DNA from: Raillietiella orientalis
Taxonomy: Eukaryota
Assembly (NCBI GenBank): GCA_036172245.1
Contig: JAYWIR010000032.1
Location: 2,480,001 to 2,544,000 of the forward strand
Length of the DNA stretch: 64,000 nt
Direction of reading: 5' to 3'
Below, in pieces: positions 60,507 to 64,000 of the stretch (its first letter is position 1; every line of letters starts with the position of its first letter). The position numbers were made by a program, and so were the translations under genes. The notes under the pieces were generated by a model. The model saw nothing but the letters and a program-made list of their open reading frames with translations. It was not told the origin of the DNA and did no database searches.

Positions 60507-61044
60507 CTGAAACAGTACATCCCATTCACAGATGTTTTTCCATTTCCTAGCTTGAGGAAAATTTTTCACGGAGTCTTCAGCAGGGATTATACAAAAAACA
60601 TCGATTTTTGCGAGCAGCAGCATCAAATGAGCTGCCTACGAAGTACCGCGAACGAGGTGTGACCACAGTGCGAGGTTTTCTCGTGCATGTGCACTCAAGG
60701 AACTCGATGTCCGAACAACGCATACACCTCGCACGTGGCGGATTGAACACGAATGGCGTAAATCCAATTTGTCAAGTCTTCTCATCTCACTTTGTCACAT
60801 GCGGGTCATTCACTGGAATGCCAGGTTCGCTGAATCACAAAACGGTGCCTGTTCACTCTACGTCGAGGAGAAGGTACGAGAGACCTAAATCATGAGGGGC
60901 GAAAACCCATCCTGCCTAGCAACTCTGAGCAGGTCCAAGAGATGCCATGTTCACTGGAAACAAGGTATCTGAGCAACTGCGCAAATACTTTTTAGGGACT
61001 TTTACCACAGGCAGTCATAATCTTGCACCTGGGTTAGACCGTAC

Positions 61045-61133
61045 CTGAGGGACAAAGGTAATTCCAGGCTTCCGGTACAGCCATCACTGGCCGCTTCTCT
61101 ACGACATGCAAACCTAATCGATTTCTGTCCCAT
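61045..61133 (-). CDS. Candidate alternative first coding exon of the TBC1D1/4-like gene
   Basis: ATG with an in-frame TGA nine codons upstream; MGQKSIRFACRREAASDGCTGSLELPLSL+AG|gtacgg; phase 2 matches acceptor ttcag|T at 60506. Confidence 0.35.
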
Positions 61134-64000
61134 CACTTCGTACCCCCACAGTTCTTCTCACAATACATTTACTCTAACTCCTCATCCGCTGTCCCACAGG
61201 CAGTCTAAGAACAGAGGACAACCCCCACACAAACCCACTCTTCTCCATCAAAGATCTCACCGGTTTACTCCCCTTACATCCAATCAACTCTTTTGAAAGA
61301 CAAAACACGCACACACACACACACAAAAAGGTCATCAGGAACGGGAATAAAAGCAAACTTCGAAGTTTCAGTCTGTTTGTGCTGATTCTGTATTTGTTTT
61401 CACGTGTGGATCGAATACGACTCCTGTCAGTTTGTATGCATGTCAGTCCTGTGCGCGCATCTGCATGCATAGTCACAAGACGGAAATCTCGTCGTAGACA
61501 CATTGCGTGTTAAACGGGAAATGGTTTCTGCATGTCCAAGCCTGCAGCAACAAGGAGCAATGACTGTCATTACTGCAAACGAAAACAATAAGTGTGAGAT
61601 GAGTACTCGGAGGACGTAGACGGAAGCAATGGCCACAGATTCAGATTCAGAACCAACGCCACAAATCACGCACTTCTCAAGATGGGCATCCGCTTCAAGA
61701 GTGGAAAAGGGCAGATTCCGTATGCTACTGCAGGGCATGCTGGGACATTGGAAATGCAAGAGGATACCTAATGGTCCACCAATCGGTATTCAATCGTTAC
61801 GCACTTGCCCTATATTTTTATGCATTCTTCGAACATATCATCATCATGAATCGCACAGGACATCTGTTATTCCATATATTCAACGTACCTACCTTTTTAC
61901 TTTTGCGTGAAGCTCGTCAGCAGAAACGGTCAAAGTTGATTCTTGATGGATACTTAATCGACAAAATGCTTCCGCTGACTTGCTCAGCTCATTAAATGGA
62001 TTACTCGAGAACTTCAAACCGTGAGGCATAAGCCCAAGATCGTCTGTTCTCCTGCCCACATTTCTGGGCTTGGAGAAGCAGAATTTACTAAAGTAGTTTC
62101 GAAGCCGAAGTTTTTGTTACGCTGTGCACCCGGCTCGCATGCCCTTGGTAACAAGGGCTCTGTCTGACCTGTAGCGTGTTTTGCGAGGTACTTTACTGCC
62201 TGCATAACATGTCCCATATATAACTGCTGCTTAATTCTCCGTAACATCTGCTAACGCTTCTTCATCTGTGCGACTTTCACTCTTTTCCCTCTGGAATCAG
62301 CCTTCAAGGCTAAGCATGCTGGCACTCTCACCTAGATATGGGATTCAAGTGCACGAATCAAGATGCAGGGTGCCACCGCTCGCACGCACCCTGGTCAGCG
62401 TGCTCAGTTTGCGATTGCCTAAAGCGGAGCACCTTACACTCCGCAGCGGTCCCCTTCCCCCAGCATCCAAGAAAAGTGCATATTTTGAATACCCTGACAG
62501 GCTCACTCAGCGCCCTCTAGCCATACGATACGTCCAGAGCTTCTTAAGAACGCACGTCAATTTCCCCACGTGTTCTGATCCGCCCATCGTTTGATTAACG
62601 ACAGCCTTCTCCTGGCGCTCGACTGGAAAACGGGAACTGCCACAAACCTACTGGTGTTTGGCAACTCCCTCAGCAGAAATAAACTCAAGAAAAACGTCTT
62701 ATAGGATTACTACGGCAAACCCAAAAGTGGTCACCGATTTGCAGTCGTGCCAGGTCCAATCGCCAGTGATTACTCCGCTCAAAACGAAGTACAGGGTTAG
62801 CAAGATTCTCTTTCGTGGGCTCACTTTCGGTCACAGAGCACACGCCAACTTATGACTGCATCGCATTGCAATCTACCAACATGATTAACGATTCCAACTC
62901 TGACTCACGTTCTCCAGCTCTACCAACACGACTCGCTGCTTGTCCATGGCTCCTCACGTTTTGACTTGTCACGAGATAGGGGAAGCCCGCAATGCCAGAA
63001 ACAATCAATGACCTCGCTCTTCTTCACCTCCAACGCAGGTGACAGGGTCCGAACGATGGCAGAGAACTGCTGAATCCTCTTTCGTCTTTCAAAATGCCCC
63101 TCCCGAGTCTTTCACCATTTTTCATCAGTTTCAAATTCTCTGAAACTTCTTCCTCTTCTCAGGACAGCCCAATGACGGATGAATGCAAAACCGTGACGAT
63201 CACAGACCACCAACCCCTTTTCACCTTCCTTGAAAAGGAGATCACACTTGGAACTTGCTTCCAGTACAGCAGGAAGTGGCTCTAGCTGGGGCGCAGGGGG
63301 AGCTGGTCCCTGTGCTCCACTTAGAGCATCTAAAGATTGTCTAAACGCGTCTGCTGTTAGATCTGCATCTCTTTCTTCCCGCCACATGTAGAGGGCGATT
63401 CTCTCTGGCTGAAAATCGGCGTTTGGGAGCTTACAAAAACTCCTCATAAAGTGGCATCCTTTTCAGCTTCTTTAATAGAGGCAATCCATTAGCTGAGGCT
63501 AGCGCTGACGTCAGTCACGTTCTGACCTCAGTCGTGATATATCGGTTGAGAGCCACAGCGTTTGAGTTCGGAAACGCTAACGGAAATGTGCTGATGTCTT
63601 CGTTCATGTTGTTCCGAACCGAAGGTCAGATTCCAATGAACTGAGAGCACAAGTCGTACCTTTCGCGGTCTAAATAAGTACATCCCGAAGAAACCCCTCG
63701 TGCCATGCACGAGCGGCGCACGGAACGCAGAGCACACTGCAGAACGCCCGCGAGTCAGAAGCACGAGGGTGCCTCTCGTGTCCTGGACGGCAGCCACGAC
63801 ACGAATCGTGAGAACACTTTGAATCTAAATCGGTAACCACTCGAAGTAGGGAGATGAAGAGAAAACACGCTTCTTTTTTATTTATCTTTTTTGAGCAATC
63901 TGAGAGATGGACGAAAGCGACTAAATGGTGCACTTCGGAGTCATAGGGACGAGAATCGACGACATCAGACAAAGCAGACGACGATCATTCACCAACGGCA

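Noticed and set aside
63112..63447. 111-aa minus-strand ORF upstream of the TBC gene
   Set aside because: Could not match it to PTB domains or any family; possible exon but unsupported
1..64000. CRISPR arrays, rRNA/tRNA genes, transposase or reverse transcriptase ORFs
   Set aside because: No regularly spaced repeats, no RNA-gene signatures and no DDE/RT motifs seen; the sequence is eukaryotic

Overview
Eukaryotic genomic DNA from an invertebrate animal, most likely a non-insect arthropod (inference), with very short introns, mostly 39-80 nt. No prokaryotic features, CRISPR arrays, rRNA/tRNA genes or recognisable transposase ORFs were seen. Three conserved spliced genes were reconstructed by hand, all on the minus strand. 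(1) A complete 25-exon TRPN/NompC mechanotransduction channel (17199-33132, ~1795 aa). (2) A complete ~26-exon JIP3/JIP4 (Sunday driver/UNC-16) kinesin/JNK scaffold (44435-51702, ~1204 aa) with a microexon cluster. (3) The 3' part of a TBC1D1/TBC1D4 (pollux-like) Rab-GAP (58006-60506), with a candidate short-isoform first exon at 61045-61133. Head-to-head with NompC lies a spliced, TATA-preceded, Pro/Arg-rich putative secreted orphan gene (37725-40621, +). RFX X-box motifs and a Su(H) site cluster occur in and around NompC, and a diverged ~0.5 kb direct repeat brackets the orphan gene. Composition shifts from GC/CpG-rich (about 3-43 kb) to CpG-depleted and AT-rich within JIP3. The first ~16 kb yielded no confidently identifiable gene; most ORFs in the supplied track are GC-driven artefacts.
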